Positions 1-13,419 of a DNA stretch of 64,000 nt are shown here, piece by piece. A program made the translations under genes and the position numbers. This stretch comes from Octopus sinensis (taxonomy: Eukaryota): the NCBI RefSeq assembly GCF_006345805.1, contig NW_021835125.1, positions 14,290 through 78,289 of the forward strand, read 5' to 3'. The notes under the pieces are model-generated. The model worked only from the letters and a program-made list of their open reading frames with translations. It ran no database searches and had not been told where the DNA came from. Each line of letters starts with the position of its first letter. Position 1 is the stretch's first letter.

Positions 1-261
1 CATTCTGTGACGAATGACATGGGAAGTAATTTCAGTTGAGGAATATATGCATTTAAACGATAGTTTCTGTTTGTGTTATGTTAAAATTGATTTATGCTGT
101 GTGTATTATATATGTATTTAGCAGACGACAGTCGAGAATCCAACGAACACATTTCAAAATAAGGAATCGAATATCGCTGGTAAAAGTCGCACTTGAACCT
201 GAACACGCACATATAAACGCACAGAAATATTTCTATTTCCCGACACTGTTTTACAAAAACA

Positions 262-640
262 GGAGGCGCAATGGCCCAGTGGTTAGGGCAGCGGACTCGC
301 GGTCATAGGATCGCGGTTTCGATTCCCAGACCGGGCGTTGTGAGTGTTTATTGAGCGAAAACACCTAAAAGCTCCACGAGGCTCCGGCAGGGGATGGTGG
401 TGATCCCTGCTGTACTCTTTCACCACAACTTTCTCTCACTCTTACTTCCTGTTTCTGTTGTACCTGTATTTCAAAGGGCCGGCCTTGTCACTCTCTGTGA
501 CACGCTGAATATCCCCGAGAACTACGTTAAGGGTACACGTTTCTGTGGAGTGCTCAGCCACTTACACGTTAATTTCACGAGCAGGTTGTTCCGTTGATTC
601 GGATCAACCGGAACCCTCATCGTCGTAACCGACGGAGTGC
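262..640 (+). mobile_element. tRNA-derived SINE, family A (tail type 1)
   Basis: Head GGCGCAATGGCCCAGTGG (A box) ... GGTTTCGATTCC (B box). Homologous copies at 12971-13276, 17812-18282, 26285-26567 and 37635-37772. Confidence 0.85.
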
Positions 641-682
641 TTCCATTTACAAACACAAACACGCATACACCCCACATCCACG

Positions 683-733
<51 letters not shown>

Positions 734-1091
734 GTATGTGTGTGTTTGTGTGAGCAAGAATATATCAACATACACACATAGAAGTAGTAATGTAAGCAAA
801 ATCAAAATATGCAGATTTGCACGCAAAGAAACTAAGAAACGTAGGTGCATAGACGCCATTTTATTATCCTTGGAAACACCGAAACAACATAGATTTAAAG
901 TAAACAAAGTAAAGAAAGTGCGTCGTTTAGTAGAGAGTGTGAGAAGAAATATAAGATCGAGGTAGATGGACAAAATGTAGACAAGCACGGAGGTTAATGT
1001 CCTAAAAAAGTATAAATATTAATAAGGGAAAACTGACAATGGAATTCACGTTATATGGGAGTATATATAGAGATATATAAATAGATAGATA

Positions 1092-1462
1092 ACTTTTTAT
1101 TGTAGCCACACAGGGCTAAACACAGAATAAAAATGGACGAAATACAATGTAGAATTTTTTCTTTTCGAGGTGGGATGGGTGGGGCACAAAAAAACAAAAA
1201 AAAACACGTTTGATCAATAGGGATCTGTGGGTTGTGTGGTGTATAAAAAGGCAATATATATATATATATATATAAGGTTCACAGTTTAGGTGTAGCCTTG
1301 GAAAGAAAAACCTACAAAAAAGACCATGGTCACCTCAGACAATTCGAAAAAGAACACATGAGTAAGTCGCCTTACTTCTCGTTGTCTCTTTTGGTTACAG
1401 ATTTATGCTTAAAATAGTGTCGTCTTTCATACTGACCATTTTTGCCACTTTTACCCACTTTT
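1092..1462 (-). mobile_element. 5'-truncated Tx1-like LINE 3' end with candidate 14-bp TSD
   Basis: Minus strand encodes KKWVKVAKMVSMKDDTILSINL*, matching the ORF2 C-terminus at about 50630-50701 (KKRWVNVAKMVRASDETILSMIL*). A homologous 3' UTR and AGCCCTGTGTGGCT tail follow. TAAATAGATAGATA is repeated at 1078-1091 and 1463-1476. Confidence 0.85.
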
Positions 1463-2198
1463 TAAATAGATAGATAGATGGATAGATAGATAGATATCAT
1501 GGAGGTGTATTTAGCGGATGAAGTACTAAGTTGGAAACACGCAATGTTAGAGAAAATGTGAGAGATTGTGTGAGTGAAAGCGTAAAATACGCAAAAAACG
1601 GAGTTTTGGTACATGAGCAATATTTAATTGATGAGTCGTGGGTGTAATAAAAAAAGGGTCAGATGTAGCAGCAGGATCAAATTTAAACAAATGCAAATTG
1701 GTGAAAATTGTAGAAAAAATCTGAGAAATTTTGGTTCCTAAAAATTCCAGTTTCAAATTCAGGTTCATACAAAGACTGACACAACAGGTTCAGAACAAAC
1801 GGAGTATACATATGTTTCATTCTTAACAATTTTTTTCTTTGGAGTGGGACAGTCCAGCCGACCGGGGATGAGAGGAAAGAACCATTTACCTTAGTAACTG
1901 TGTATTTGTGTACGAATGCCGTAAAGTCGCCGTGATCGACCAAATTTTTCCTGGTTTTCTTTAAGACTAAGGTCTCCATATGACATTTATCTTTTTTCGC
2001 AGCTATAGTAATGCTTTGATAAGAATCTGACGTATTCTTTGTCGGGAATCTTCATCAGATGGTAAATCCGTTTTCTTTTAGCTATTTCGCAACGTGATTC
2101 AATTAAAAACATATCGGAATCGAATATGAATATTTTCCAAATTAATCTAATGAGTAATTTGAAAATAAAATTAATGAAGTTAAAATTTAATGAAGATT

Positions 2199-2614
2199 AG
2201 GCGCAGGAGTGGCTGTTTGGTAAGTAGCTTGCTAACCAACCACATGGTTCCGGGTTCAGTCCCACTGCGTGGCATCTTGGGCACGTGTCTTCTGCTATAG
2301 CCCCGGGCCGACCAATGCCTTGTGAGTGGATTTGGTAGACGGAAACTGAAAGAAGCCTGTCGTATATATGTATATATATATATATAAGTGTGTGTGAATA
2401 TGTTTGTGTGTCTGTGTTTGTTCCCCTAGCATTGCTTGACAACCGATGCTGGTGTGTTTACGTCCCCGTCACTTAGCGGTTCGGCAAAACAGACCGATAG
2501 AATAAGTACTGGGCTTACAAAGAATAAGTCCCGGGTCGATTTGCTCGACTAAAGGCGGTGCTCCAGCATGGCCGCAGTCAAATGACTGAAACAAGTAAAA
2601 AGAGTAAAAGAGTA
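2199..2614 (+). mobile_element. tRNA-derived SINE, family B (internal (TA)n(TG)n tract; GTAAAAGA-type tail)
   Basis: GGCGCAGGAGTGGCTGT.TGGTAAG ... GGGTTCAGTCCC head, TTGGGCA.GTGTCTT body, ends CAAATGACTGAAACAAGTAAAA. More than 10 copies in the window. Confidence 0.9.
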
Positions 2615-2769
2615 TTACAGTCAAAGGCCGTTAGACCTTGTTTTGATTAGTGAACAAAGATTGAATTGATTGGATGTTTGAGCACGGAATAACATCCGGG
2701 TAAGTCCAGCGCTTTTAACACACACACAGACGCAGGTACACACATGCACATATACACACTAGCATACAC

Positions 2770-3030
2770 AGACGGGCTTCCATATATAATAATACCAAAA
2801 CCCATCTATATGTAAATGTTCATGTGTCTGTATTTGTACCCCCACCATCGCTTGACAACCGATGTTGGTGTGTTTGTGTCCCCGTAACTTAGCGGTTTGG
2901 GTAAACAAGATAGAATAAGTACTAGGCTTACAAAGAATAAATCCTGAAGTCGATTTGTTCCACTAAAAGGCAGTGCTCCAACAAGGCCGGAGTCAAATGA
3001 CTAAAACAAATAGAAGAAAAAAGAATAAAA
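2770..3030 (+). mobile_element. SINE family B, 3' part, diverged
   Basis: CTTGACAACCGATGTTGGTGTG ... GTCAAATGACTAAAACAA matches the 3' half of family B. Confidence 0.75.
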
Positions 3031-3047
3031 TAATAAAATAATAATAT

Positions 3048-3469
3048 AGGCGCAGGAGTGGCTGTGTGGTAAGTAGCTTGTTTACAAACCACATGGTTCC
3101 GTGTTCAGTTCCACTGCGTGGAATCTTGGGCAAGTGTCTTCTACTATAGGCTTAGGCCGACCAATGCCTTGTGAGTGAATTTGGTAGACGGAAACTGAAA
3201 GAAGCCCGTCGTATATTTGTATATATATATGTGTGTGTGTATGTGTGTGTATGCGTTTGTGTGTCTGTGTTTGTCCCCCTAGCATTGCTTGACAACCGAT
3301 ACTGGTGTATTTACGTCGCCGTCACCTAGTGGTTCGGCAAAAAGAAACCGATAGAATAAGTACTGGGCTTACAGAGAACAAGTCCCGGGGTCGATTTGCT
3401 CGACTAAAGACGGTGCTCCAGCATGGCCGCAGTCAAATTACTGAAACAAGTAAAAGAGTATAAAGAGTA
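3048..3469 (+). mobile_element. SINE family B, full length
   Basis: Near-identical to 2199-2614. Confidence 0.9.
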
Positions 3470-4049
3470 TATATGTGCTTGTAAGTAACCTCTATATATA
3501 TTTACATATATATGAGTATGCATGTATGTTTATATACACACAATACGCTTCAAAATTGATAATTTTCCATTAATTCCCATATCTAAGATAATAAAGTCCC
3601 TACATGAATAGTTCAGAAAAATATTATATTCGATATAAGAAAACGGTAAAGAACTTATAAATCTGCATGTCAGTTCTTCTTTCTATTCGATATGAAACAA
3701 TTCAAACAGTTAGATAATTTTGATATATTTAAAATACCTTATACGTTTTGTTTTTTTTTCCAATTCTTGTACAATACAATGCAGTGAAATGATACAGGTG
3801 TTCAAAGTTTGTGAAAGCATTGGCGCCGAAGATGTAGTAAATTGGCGAAACAGTTACGTAGAGAGATTAATCTGCTATATATGAAGTTTAATTAAATGTG
3901 AAAAATAATTAATGCAGCATGTTTATTTTTGTTTACCTTAAATTATCTTTCGCTTGGTTGATAAAAACTATCCGTAAGGCTTCCGCGCATGGCAAAATGT
4001 AAATAGGAAAAGTAAATTGAAAACGAGCTTGCAACAACTCTTTCTCTCT

Positions 4050-4117
4050 ATCACACACACACACACACACACACACTCACTCTCTCTCTGTATACATTGA
4101 GGCATACAGATATACAT

Positions 4118-4156
<39 letters not shown>

Positions 4157-4300
4157 TATATATTATATATATATATATATATAAATGTATATAGGTATTA
4201 TATGCATACATATATCTACCTATAGGTCGGTGCATGCATAGTTTTATATACATATATATATTAATAGATAAATAGATAGATATGTACATAAATACATATG

Positions 4301-4391
<91 letters not shown>

Positions 4392-4404
4392 CATATACAC
4401 ATAT

Positions 4405-4448
<44 letters not shown>

Positions 4449-4550
4449 TATATACATATATATATACACACATATATATATATACATATGTATATATACA
4501 CACATGTATATACATACTCACACGTATATTATGTATATGTTTGTATATAA
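4050..4550. repeat. (CA)n/(TA)n compound microsatellite
   Basis: Direct inspection. Confidence 0.95.
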
Positions 4551-5310
4551 CTGTTTATGTATAGATTTGCATATATGACTATATATGCATGTGGATACGT
4601 GCCCATACATATATGCATCTAATCTTGTGTTAATTAGTGCAGTAAATATCAAGTGCAGTTGTCATATGTCACTATGTTTCAGGTTTAGCGTGGAAATCCT
4701 GATTGCACCTCGCTAATTCATGACTACCGAATTGCCGATAAATCAAGCGAGGGCGAAGTGAAGGTTATAGGTTAAAATAAATGCAGGTAGGCAAATTTAA
4801 CGGAGAATTTGCATGCAAAAAGATAGAAGCAGCGGCAAGAGAACCATAACACGTTCCACAAATTGGTAGTGTGCTGCCTGGATGTCAAAATTGATATATT
4901 CTATGTTCGCTGTTGCTAGGTGGTGTACAGGTGTGTGCGCACGTGTGTGTACGTGTCTGTGTGTGTGTTAATTTTTTGTCTCTGGCAAATTGGGCTTTTG
5001 TGCATATGTAGTTATAACCTGCTTTAAACATTGTTCTTGTATAACATTACTGCACATGCTTTTCATATAAATATTATTATCTTATGTGCATATCTGTGAG
5101 TATGTACATGAATGCATGAGCGTGAATTGATGCATGTATACATATACACATACATACATACATATACACATACATCTATCTCCCTATTTTTGAGAAGTCT
5201 TGGGCCAACAGGCTTTTGGGTCCTGACGATACGCAATAAAGCTACACCTTTATGTGGACGGGAAAACTAAGGTAATTCCATAAACCGACCTATATATATG
5301 TATATATAAC

Positions 5311-5512
5311 TTACAAAAATACAAAAATTAGGGCAAAAGAAAATTCCTAATGCCAAATATGCCGAAAAAAAGACAAAATTGTCAATAACCATTATAATTT
5401 ATGCGTCTCGAAACAAACCGATAGAAATTTCTAAAAAATCCGTTATTACCGTATTAACCCCAAAATTGGGACCAATACGGTAACAACGGATTTTTTGCCC
5501 TTATTTTTGTAA
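5311..5512. repeat. Fold-back (inverted repeat) element between (TA)n tracts
   Basis: AAAAAATCCGTTATTACCGTATT (5433) pairs with AATACGGTAACAACGGATTTTTT (to 5496). Outer arms ACAAAAATTAGGGCAAAA / TTTTGCCCTTATTTTTGT. Confidence 0.7.
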
Positions 5513-5603
5513 ATTATTTATAAATTTAACCGTTAAAGTTATTTTTTGATATGCTGGCCATTGGTAAAAAATTTTTCTGGAAAAAAATATATCCTACATT
5601 AGT

Positions 5604-5721
<118 letters not shown>

Positions 5722-6269
5722 GATATATAATATAGAGAAAGAGAGTGAGAGAGAGAGAGAGAGCAAGAGAGAAAATATGAAGGGTTTAGTTCACTGGTGA
5801 TCTAAACGAATATGGACGCTGAGAAGATGCTATTATTTCTCGTAAGTGACCTTTCGGGGTGAAAGGTCAGACGTCAAGGTTTTGGGTAAGGGGAGAAGGA
5901 GGAGGGCATTTCTGTGCATTAATTGAATAGATAAATTCTAGGTTAGGTGTGGTCAAGTAGAATATTTAGCTCAGTGATCAATAGGGATAGCTAAATATAG
6001 ATGCCTAGCTTAAGTGGGTGTATGTTGGATAAAACTATAATCATGCGTTTAATTATATACCCATGTGCACCATCATACTGTTTGGATTTACCTTCTGAGA
6101 GGTATAACTTCACTGAAGTACGGACCAACTTCAATTCCCTCTGGAAAAAGATGAGCTGTGAACTTTATCCTCCTGTCTGTATTCTATCTAATCTTACTCT
6201 TTATTCTTCTATTTTATTTCTTATAAACTGTCAACTTCCCTATCTAGAACTTTCATACATACTCAGCTC

Positions 6270-6345
6270 GTCTCTGATTATGGTATACTGAATGTAAGGA
6301 CATGCTCGCCTATCACTTGGGATACCCCAGAAACAGCGGCAAGAC
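6270..6345 (+). ncRNA. Degenerate hammerhead ribozyme relic in a Penelope-like tail fragment (about 5780-6430)
   Basis: GTCT-CTGATTA-[TGGTAT...GATACCCCA]-GAAAC-AGCG-GCA-AGAC. Layout matches the motif at 24725-24851, but G8 and U16.1 are mutated. Confidence 0.45.
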
Positions 6346-6432
6346 TTGAGATATACTCTAATTAAATTATTCTATATTACTTGAGATACACGTCCCACTT
6401 TGGCTTCTGTTATCCTTTTCCACCTAATATAG

Positions 6433-6464
<32 letters not shown>

Positions 6465-6605
6465 ACCGGAGTAAACACATAAATGTGAAACAAGGTGAAA
6501 AAAAGAGTACTCAAATACCAGTGGTAGAGTAATATGCTTTATTTTAAGCAGCAGAAAATTCAACTGAATTCAATTGAATTTTCTGCTGCTAAAAATAAAG
6601 TATAT
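6465..6605. repeat. Short element with terminal fold-back between (TA)n tracts
   Basis: ATATGCTTTATTTTAAGCAGCAGAAAATTCAA (6532-6563) is inverted at 6574-6605. Confidence 0.7.
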
Positions 6606-6757
6606 ATATATATATATATATATATTAATAAAAGGAATTCCAACCTTGTCTGATTTTCACGTTTTATTTACAATCTTATAATGATATATTATAAGATAAT
6701 ATATTATAATAAAATAAAATAAAATAAAATAGTAGAATGTTAAATGTTCATTCTGAT

Positions 6758-6802
6758 TGAACTAGTACTTTCATGCATTAAATTCTGCAATCTTCGGGTT
6801 CA
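6758..6802 (-). ncRNA. Minimal type I hammerhead ribozyme motif (U4C variant)
   Basis: Minus strand: TGAAC-CCGAAGA-T-TGCA-GAATTTAA-TGCA-T-GAAA-GTAC-TA-GTTCA. Perfect 5-bp helix I, 4-bp helix II, palindromic helix III (AGTACT), CUA cleavage triplet. Confidence 0.7.
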
Positions 6803-6831
6803 TGTAGTACTGGTGACAGTCATGCTTCACA

Positions 6832-7355
<524 letters not shown>

Positions 7356-7653
7356 AATAAAGATAACATCGTTATTTAAATACCGATCGTATCAGGTGGG
7401 CAGCATGGGAATAGAAACCTTCAACGGTAATAACTATTATTAAAATTATAATTTAGGGTATCTAAGAGATACTACAACGCTGAAAATAGCAGCCAAAACT
7501 TGACTCTAAAAGCACATTAAATGTTCATACCGCACAAAAGAGAAGACAAAGAGACAAAATAAACTAGGAAAAAAAAATTCCAGATCCCGGATTTGTGGCT
7601 CTGCATAAGAAATGCTCTGCCTTCATCCGTGGAATATACTCAGCACATAAATA

Positions 7654-7687
<34 letters not shown>

Positions 7688-7821
7688 ATATATATATATA
7701 TACATATTTATATATATATAAATATAAAACATACGAATACTTACATATGCGAACTTTATATATATATATATCCAGTAACAGCGACAAACATAATGAAAAG
7801 ATAGAGCTACATATACACATA

Positions 7822-8236
7822 TGGCGCAGGAGTGGCTGTGTGGTAAGTAGCTTGCTAACCACCCACATGGTTCCGGGTTCATTCCCACTGCGTGGCATCT
7901 TGGGCAAGTGTCTTCTGCTATAGCCCCGGGCCGACCAATGCCTTGTGAGTGGATTTGGTAGACGGAAACTGAAAGAAGCCTGTCGTATATATGTATATAT
8001 ATGTGTGTGTATATGTTTGTGTGTCTGTGTTTTTCCCCCCTAGCATTGCTTGACAACCGATGCTGGTGTGTTTACGTCCCCGTCACTTAGCGGTTCGGCA
8101 AAAGAGACCGATATAATAAGTACTGGGCTTACAAAGAATAAGTCCCGGGGTCGATTTGCTCGACTAAAGGCGGTGCCCCAGCATGGCCGCAGTCAAATGA
8201 CTGAAACAAGTAAAAGAGTAAAAAGAGTAAAAGAGT
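7822..8236 (+). mobile_element. SINE family B, full length
   Basis: Near-identical to 2199-2614. Confidence 0.9.
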
Positions 8237-9391
8237 ATATATATATTATATTCATGCTAGTGTTACCCGTCATGTGCTGGGTAACTTTGAATACATATTC
8301 TGCCATCGTGATTAGTTGATAAAAGTTAAATCTCAACTATTGTATGCATCCTGTATTTTCTGACATAACGCAAAAAATGTGTTAATATTATTGTAACACA
8401 ATTGTAGCGATATACTTGTATAAAGCGGTTTGTTATATATTTGAAAGTTAGTAAATACCCTTGTGATTAATATATAAAAATATTTCTGTTAACGAATAGC
8501 TTACTCGAAAATCATCTAAAGAAAAGTTTCATCTCAATACATAGATATTAATTCTTGTAGAAGATTCTTTTTTTTTCCTTTACAGACAACTACAGACGTG
8601 TATGGAAAACTACTGATTCTCTACCTCCCCTACGAACTGCTTGTCAAGTTTACCATTTTACCAAAACTACTGTTATTTCCTCTGCCAATGTGTGTGTGTG
8701 TGATGGACACGAGTTTGCGTATTTGTGACGGTCTGCGAGAAATATTTGGCATCAATGGACTATAGATGATATTATCTTTGCTCACCCTCCTCTGTCACTA
8801 TTTGTCTATTTGCACGTTCCTATCTCGACTCTGACCTCTCGTGTTAACTCTCTGATTCTCTTTGTTATTCTCGCCCACTCTTTGTTTATACGATATAAAG
8901 CCTGACTGCCGAAAGCTACCAACCAACGAAGCAACGCGCATACAGACCAGCCAATTAAGAATTATATTGGCTATTATTGAGATCTGTGTTTTTGTGTATT
9001 TGTTTTTAGGCGCTCTATTGCAGAGTTTTTGAGAAGATCACTTCAGTATATTGACGTCCTGGTTTCGAATCGACTCCCAGGAATCTGTAGCATCAGTTGG
9101 CCAATACTTTGCGATTGAGACTAGCTATAGGGAAGTTATCTACAGAAGTCCACCGTTTAGATTGCATTTGTTAATTGAATGATCTAAGCTTGTGAATATA
9201 GCATACACTCACTGCCTCACACAATGTTATTTTAAGGGAGTACACAACCTCTTAAACAACGATAGTTCATTGTGCTATTTTGTTTCTTTGAACGGAAAAC
9301 AGAAAACACAATATTGGTGCTTATCCACAGACTCCATTTTTCTTCTTTCTTTCATTCCGAATGAAGCTATGTATGCAATATGCAAAACTTA

Positions 9392-10125
9392 CGAGGACTG
9401 ATCAATAAGTATCCGGACTATTGCCATTGTAATGACGCTAAACCACGTAAAGGGAAAATGCTTGATACAGATTGACCTTGATCTCTGCTATGCATGTGTA
9501 CTAAGTTCTTACATTCTAGCTCGCTTCCGATGTTTACAGCAGTGCTTAGAAGGAAGGTACGTAGCGTGTGATCATCGCATTCACCATAACAGAGAAAGCT
9601 GTTATAGTGATACCTGTTAAGAGGCTTACGCAAATTTGCAGAAAGTCTATGGAGAGGAGTGTATAAGTCACACTCAATTGTACGAGTTGTTTAGACGTTT
9701 CCAAGGTGGCCAAAAAAATGTCGATATTGAAGAAAGTTCTGGGAGACATGCAACCAGTAGAGATGAGAAAAACATGGTAGATGTGCGTGCAGCTGTGAAG
9801 GGGAAACGTCGAATCACCATCCGTGAGTTATCAGAAGATGTGCAGATTAGCTACGGTTCAGTTCAGTCCATCATCACTGAAGATTTGGGCATGAGACGCA
9901 TGTCTGCCAAGTTTGTGCCAAAACTGCTTTCAACTGACAAAAAAGAGACGCGGGTGCTACTGGCACAAAATCTCCTTCGCTGTGTTGAGAACAATGAAAA
10001 GTTTTAGAAAAATTTGCATAGGCTTCTGAGCAGGTATCGCCAAGCTTTTGGCAAATTTGATGCAGCGGCTTCACGCTGCATGCTTTAGATTCGTTACAGT
10101 CCGGATGCTTATTGATCATACCACG
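9392..10125 (+). mobile_element. Internally deleted mariner transposon with both TIRs and TA TSD
   Basis: TA|CGAGGACTGATCAATAAGTATCCGGACT ... AGTCCGGATGCTTATTGATCATACCACG|TA. Encloses the transposase N-terminus. Confidence 0.9.
9636..10007 (+). pseudogene. Mariner transposase N-terminal DNA-binding region; catalytic domain deleted
   Basis: QKVYGEECISHTQLYELFRRFQGG ... SSGRHATS ... RRITIRELSEDVQISYGSVQSIITEDLGMRRMSAKFVPKLL: bipartite HTH plus WVPHEL-equivalent linker. Confidence 0.9.
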
Positions 10126-10191
10126 TATAATTGAAACTGCGACAGGTTGCTAGTATGTCGTTGTAGCAAATTTAATCTGCTTATTTATGGC

Positions 10192-10329
10192 CTCATACGT
10201 TCTTCTCCATACACCTTCTGAAACTTTGCGTAAGCCTCTTAACAGGTACCGCTATAACAGCTTTCGCTGTTATGGTGAATGCGATGATCACACGCTACGT
10301 ACCTTCCTTCTAAGCACTGCTGTAAACAT
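10192..10329 (-). mobile_element. Inverted copy of mariner internal segment 9530-9670
   Basis: Reverse complement of ATGTTTACAGCAGTGCTTAGAAGGAAGGTACGTAGCGTGTGATCATCGC..., with several substitutions. Confidence 0.85.
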
Positions 10330-10714
10330 AGCAATTTGATATAGTATTTAGCAAATGTATGTAGTTTGCAGTAGATGTATACTTCGGAATTTGAAGGCGA
10401 TTTTGCAATACTATATAGGTTAAAATGTTTTTAGTTGAGACCTAGGACTTTTAAAGCCGGTTTGCCAGTTTCCCTGGTGGAATAACTGACACAACCTTTC
10501 AACTAAACATGAAACCCGTCCGTTACAAGTTTCCTGGCCAGGGAATATTGGGGCGAGGTACGGGTTAACTATATAGATCCCCGTACTTGTCGTCAAAAGG
10601 ATAAATGACGTCGGGATTTAAGATGCGAACGTAAAGGGTCCGAAACAAATCCTGCTAGGCATTTTCTCCGACGTGCGACCTATCTGCTAGCTCGTCCCTG
10701 TGTTTTATATTAAA

Positions 10715-11015
10715 CTAGCAGTATCGCCCGGTGTTGCTCGGGTTTGTAAGGGAAATAGCTATATAAGCATTTTTAGAGAGTTATGGCCAAAAAATAGCAA
10801 AAAAATGCATTAAAAATGGAAAAAAAATTATAGTAAATTTTTTTTTAAATCGTTGACTCATCGTAGACGCGCGCTAATACCCAGACGGGCTTCATATGAA
10901 TCACGACTATAAGATACCCGAATTTGGTTAAACTGCACCGCAAAATGTGGGAGTAGTTAGGAATCTAAATCGAAGGGGACAGACACTCACACAACTACAG
11001 TTTTATATATATAGA
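10715..11015 (-). mobile_element. Non-autonomous Helitron
   Basis: Minus strand starts TCTATATATATAAAA and ends with a GC hairpin (CCCGAGCAACACCGGG) then CTAG. Inserted between A and T with no TSD. Confidence 0.85.
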
Positions 11016-12020
11016 TATTTACATAAAAAAGTTTGCATTGAATTGTTTGGGATGGAGTTCCTCGCTGAAACATCATGTTTATGCCATTATTGCCACATTG
11101 TTTAAGGTTACAAATTTAATAATTTAGACGGCGAAGACTTGTAAAGTCACTTTGATGTTGTGGTTAGCATGGCTGTATGATTTGTAGTAGACTCAGCGTT
11201 GAAATACAGTAGACGATTACAACACTTTCCACGTCACTGTCTCAAACATTATGCGCGTGTGTTTGTATGCGTGTAGCCGTGTTAGACTTCGTCAACCTTC
11301 ACCTTGTACAATAACAATCAACTACAAGTTTTGTGTACCCTTTCATTTTAATGTTAATTTGTATTTGTAACACGAGATAAAAGCAGGAATCAATATACCC
11401 ATGTGATATTCGAACGTGCAATGGAATAATACGAACCTGTAAACGGGGATCTCAATTCACACGCTATATTATATATCTCTAATGCCGTTATTCCTTTGTA
11501 TCTCTCTCTCCCTGGATGTGTGTATCTGAATGTACGTGTACAGACAGCTAGATAGATACATAGACACACACACACACACACACACACTCACACACTCACA
11601 CACATGTGCGTGTGTGTAGAGAAAGAGAGAGAGAGAGGGGGCGCAGACAGACAAACAGAGGAAAAGAGAGAAAGATAGAATTAGAGACAAATTAGCGTGA
11701 ATATATATTTATATAACTGACGGTAACGTTCCAGGTTATTTGCAAATTGTGTACGGAAGTATTTCTGTCGTATGTAGGAAAAAAAACCTGTAACAGGTGA
11801 AATGTTTCTGACAGACGAATATGTTATGATGAAAACCTTGTTTGCAAAGATCAACGAGTTCAGAAACGTGGATTTAAACATATTTATCATGAAAAAATAA
11901 TGCTTGTGCAAACATTGGAGTGTAAGATATATTTATTTCAACTGCAAGCCAGCGTGTTTATTCCCAACGGTCCTTAATAATTTTATGGCTTCATTGGAAT
12001 CGTACCAAATACTATAACTA

Positions 12021-12438
12021 CCTATCTCTTTACTACCCACAAGGGGCTAAACACAGAAAGGTCGAACAAGGACAGACAAACGGATTAAGTCGGTTATATC
12101 GACCCCGGTGCGTAGCTGTACTTATTTAATCGACCCCGAAATGATGAAAGGCAAAGTCGACCTCGGCGGAATTTGAACTCAGAACGTAACGCCAGACGAA
12201 ATACCTATTTCTTTACTACCCACAAGGGGATAAACACAGAGGGGACAAACAAGGACAGACACATGGATTAAATTGATTACATCGACCCCAGTGCGTAACT
12301 GGTGCTTATTTAATCGACCCCGAAAGGATGAAAGGCAAAGTCGACCTCGGCGGAATTTGAACTCAGAACATAACGGCAGACGAAATACGGCTACGCATTT
12401 CGCCCGGCGTGCTAACCTTTCTGCCAGCTCGCCGCCTT
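12021..12438 (-). mobile_element. SINE family C (Nin-like domain), dimeric
   Basis: Head AAGGCGGCGAGCTGGCAGAA ... GAGTTCAAATTCC. Central CTTTGCCTTTCATCCTTTCGGGGTCGAT. Second unit starts at TATTTCGTCTG. Confidence 0.85.
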
Positions 12439-12970
12439 CGAAATACTATAACTACCACTAATAACATGCAGCCACGAGGTGGAGGGTTAGGTGGAGCATA
12501 TCTCAGTTTAACTCCTGACTTGCTAGAAATATCTTTTTAATCGTAGAACGATCACACTCTACTCTCTTTCACAACTAGCAAAAAAGAACAAAAAAATAAC
12601 AACAGTAAATTTAATCTCAAATACAATAGACTGAATGGCCACGGCTGGGTGGTTTTGGATGTCAATGATGGCACGTGTTTAATTTTATGTCTTCACTACC
12701 ATTCTCGGTCAGGAGACTCAATAAGGAAATAAAAGGTTGGACGAATAAACGAGATGGAGTCTATGTGCACGTTTGACATGCTGCAAGTAGCAGTTAAAAC
12801 TTAGTTAAATCAAAGACGTTAGAAATGAAACGTCTTTGATTATAGATTTGTAAATAATTTGTCATAAAAGAACCTGCCTTGACGCGCACAGACACGAACA
12901 CACTCATAAAACAAATACACACACACACATATATGTTTAAGTATATATATAATATATATATATATATATA

Positions 12971-13276
12971 TCACGTGATCACGTGACTGACCAGACCATC
13001 AGATGTTGTTACACATCGCTGGTCACAATGCGTTCGCATTGTTTTAGCCTTCGAATGACGCCACCCCGCTGGCTAAGCAAGCAGGCCAACAGAAGAAAGA
13101 GTGGGAGAAAGTGTGGTGAAAGAGTACAGCAGGGATCACCCCCCCCCTGCCGGAGCCTCGTGGAGCTTTTTAGGTGTTTTGGCTCAATAAACACTCACAA
13201 CGCCCGGTCTGGGAATCGAAACCGCGATCCTACGACCGCGAGTCTGCTACCCTAACCACTAGGCCATTACGCCTCC
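12971..13276 (-). mobile_element. SINE family A, tail type 2 ending in TCACGTGATCACGTGA(TA)n
   Basis: Head and body match 262-430; the 3' part matches 26440-26567. Confidence 0.85.
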
Positions 13277-13294
13277 ACACACACACACACACAC

Positions 13295-13347
<53 letters not shown>

Positions 13348-13419
13348 AAACTCATGCACCGAAACAGTTGATATTTTATTCCTATTATGTTATTCTTATT
13401 TGACAGAGCTGCAGCCATG

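Noticed and set aside
262-337. tRNA gene (also 56303-56377 and other SINE heads)
   Set aside because: A and B boxes are present, but there is no proper acceptor stem and the sequence continues into repeated SINE bodies.
1683-1979. 98-aa non-repetitive ORF on the minus strand
   Set aside because: No recognisable domain; cannot be supported as a gene.
4077-4550. ORFs of YI/CV/HT/LSIY repeats here and across the window
   Set aside because: They are translations of (TA)n, (TG)n and (TATC)n microsatellites with no coding evidence.
4683-4786. Possible exon (TTTCAG ... CAG/GTAGGC); also an acceptor-like site near 8585
   Set aside because: Only splice-like motifs, with no recognisable peptide or partner exons; RNA-seq would be needed.
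5218-5291. Hammerhead at GGGTCCTGACGA
   Set aside because: No convincing GAAA, helix III and UH segment.
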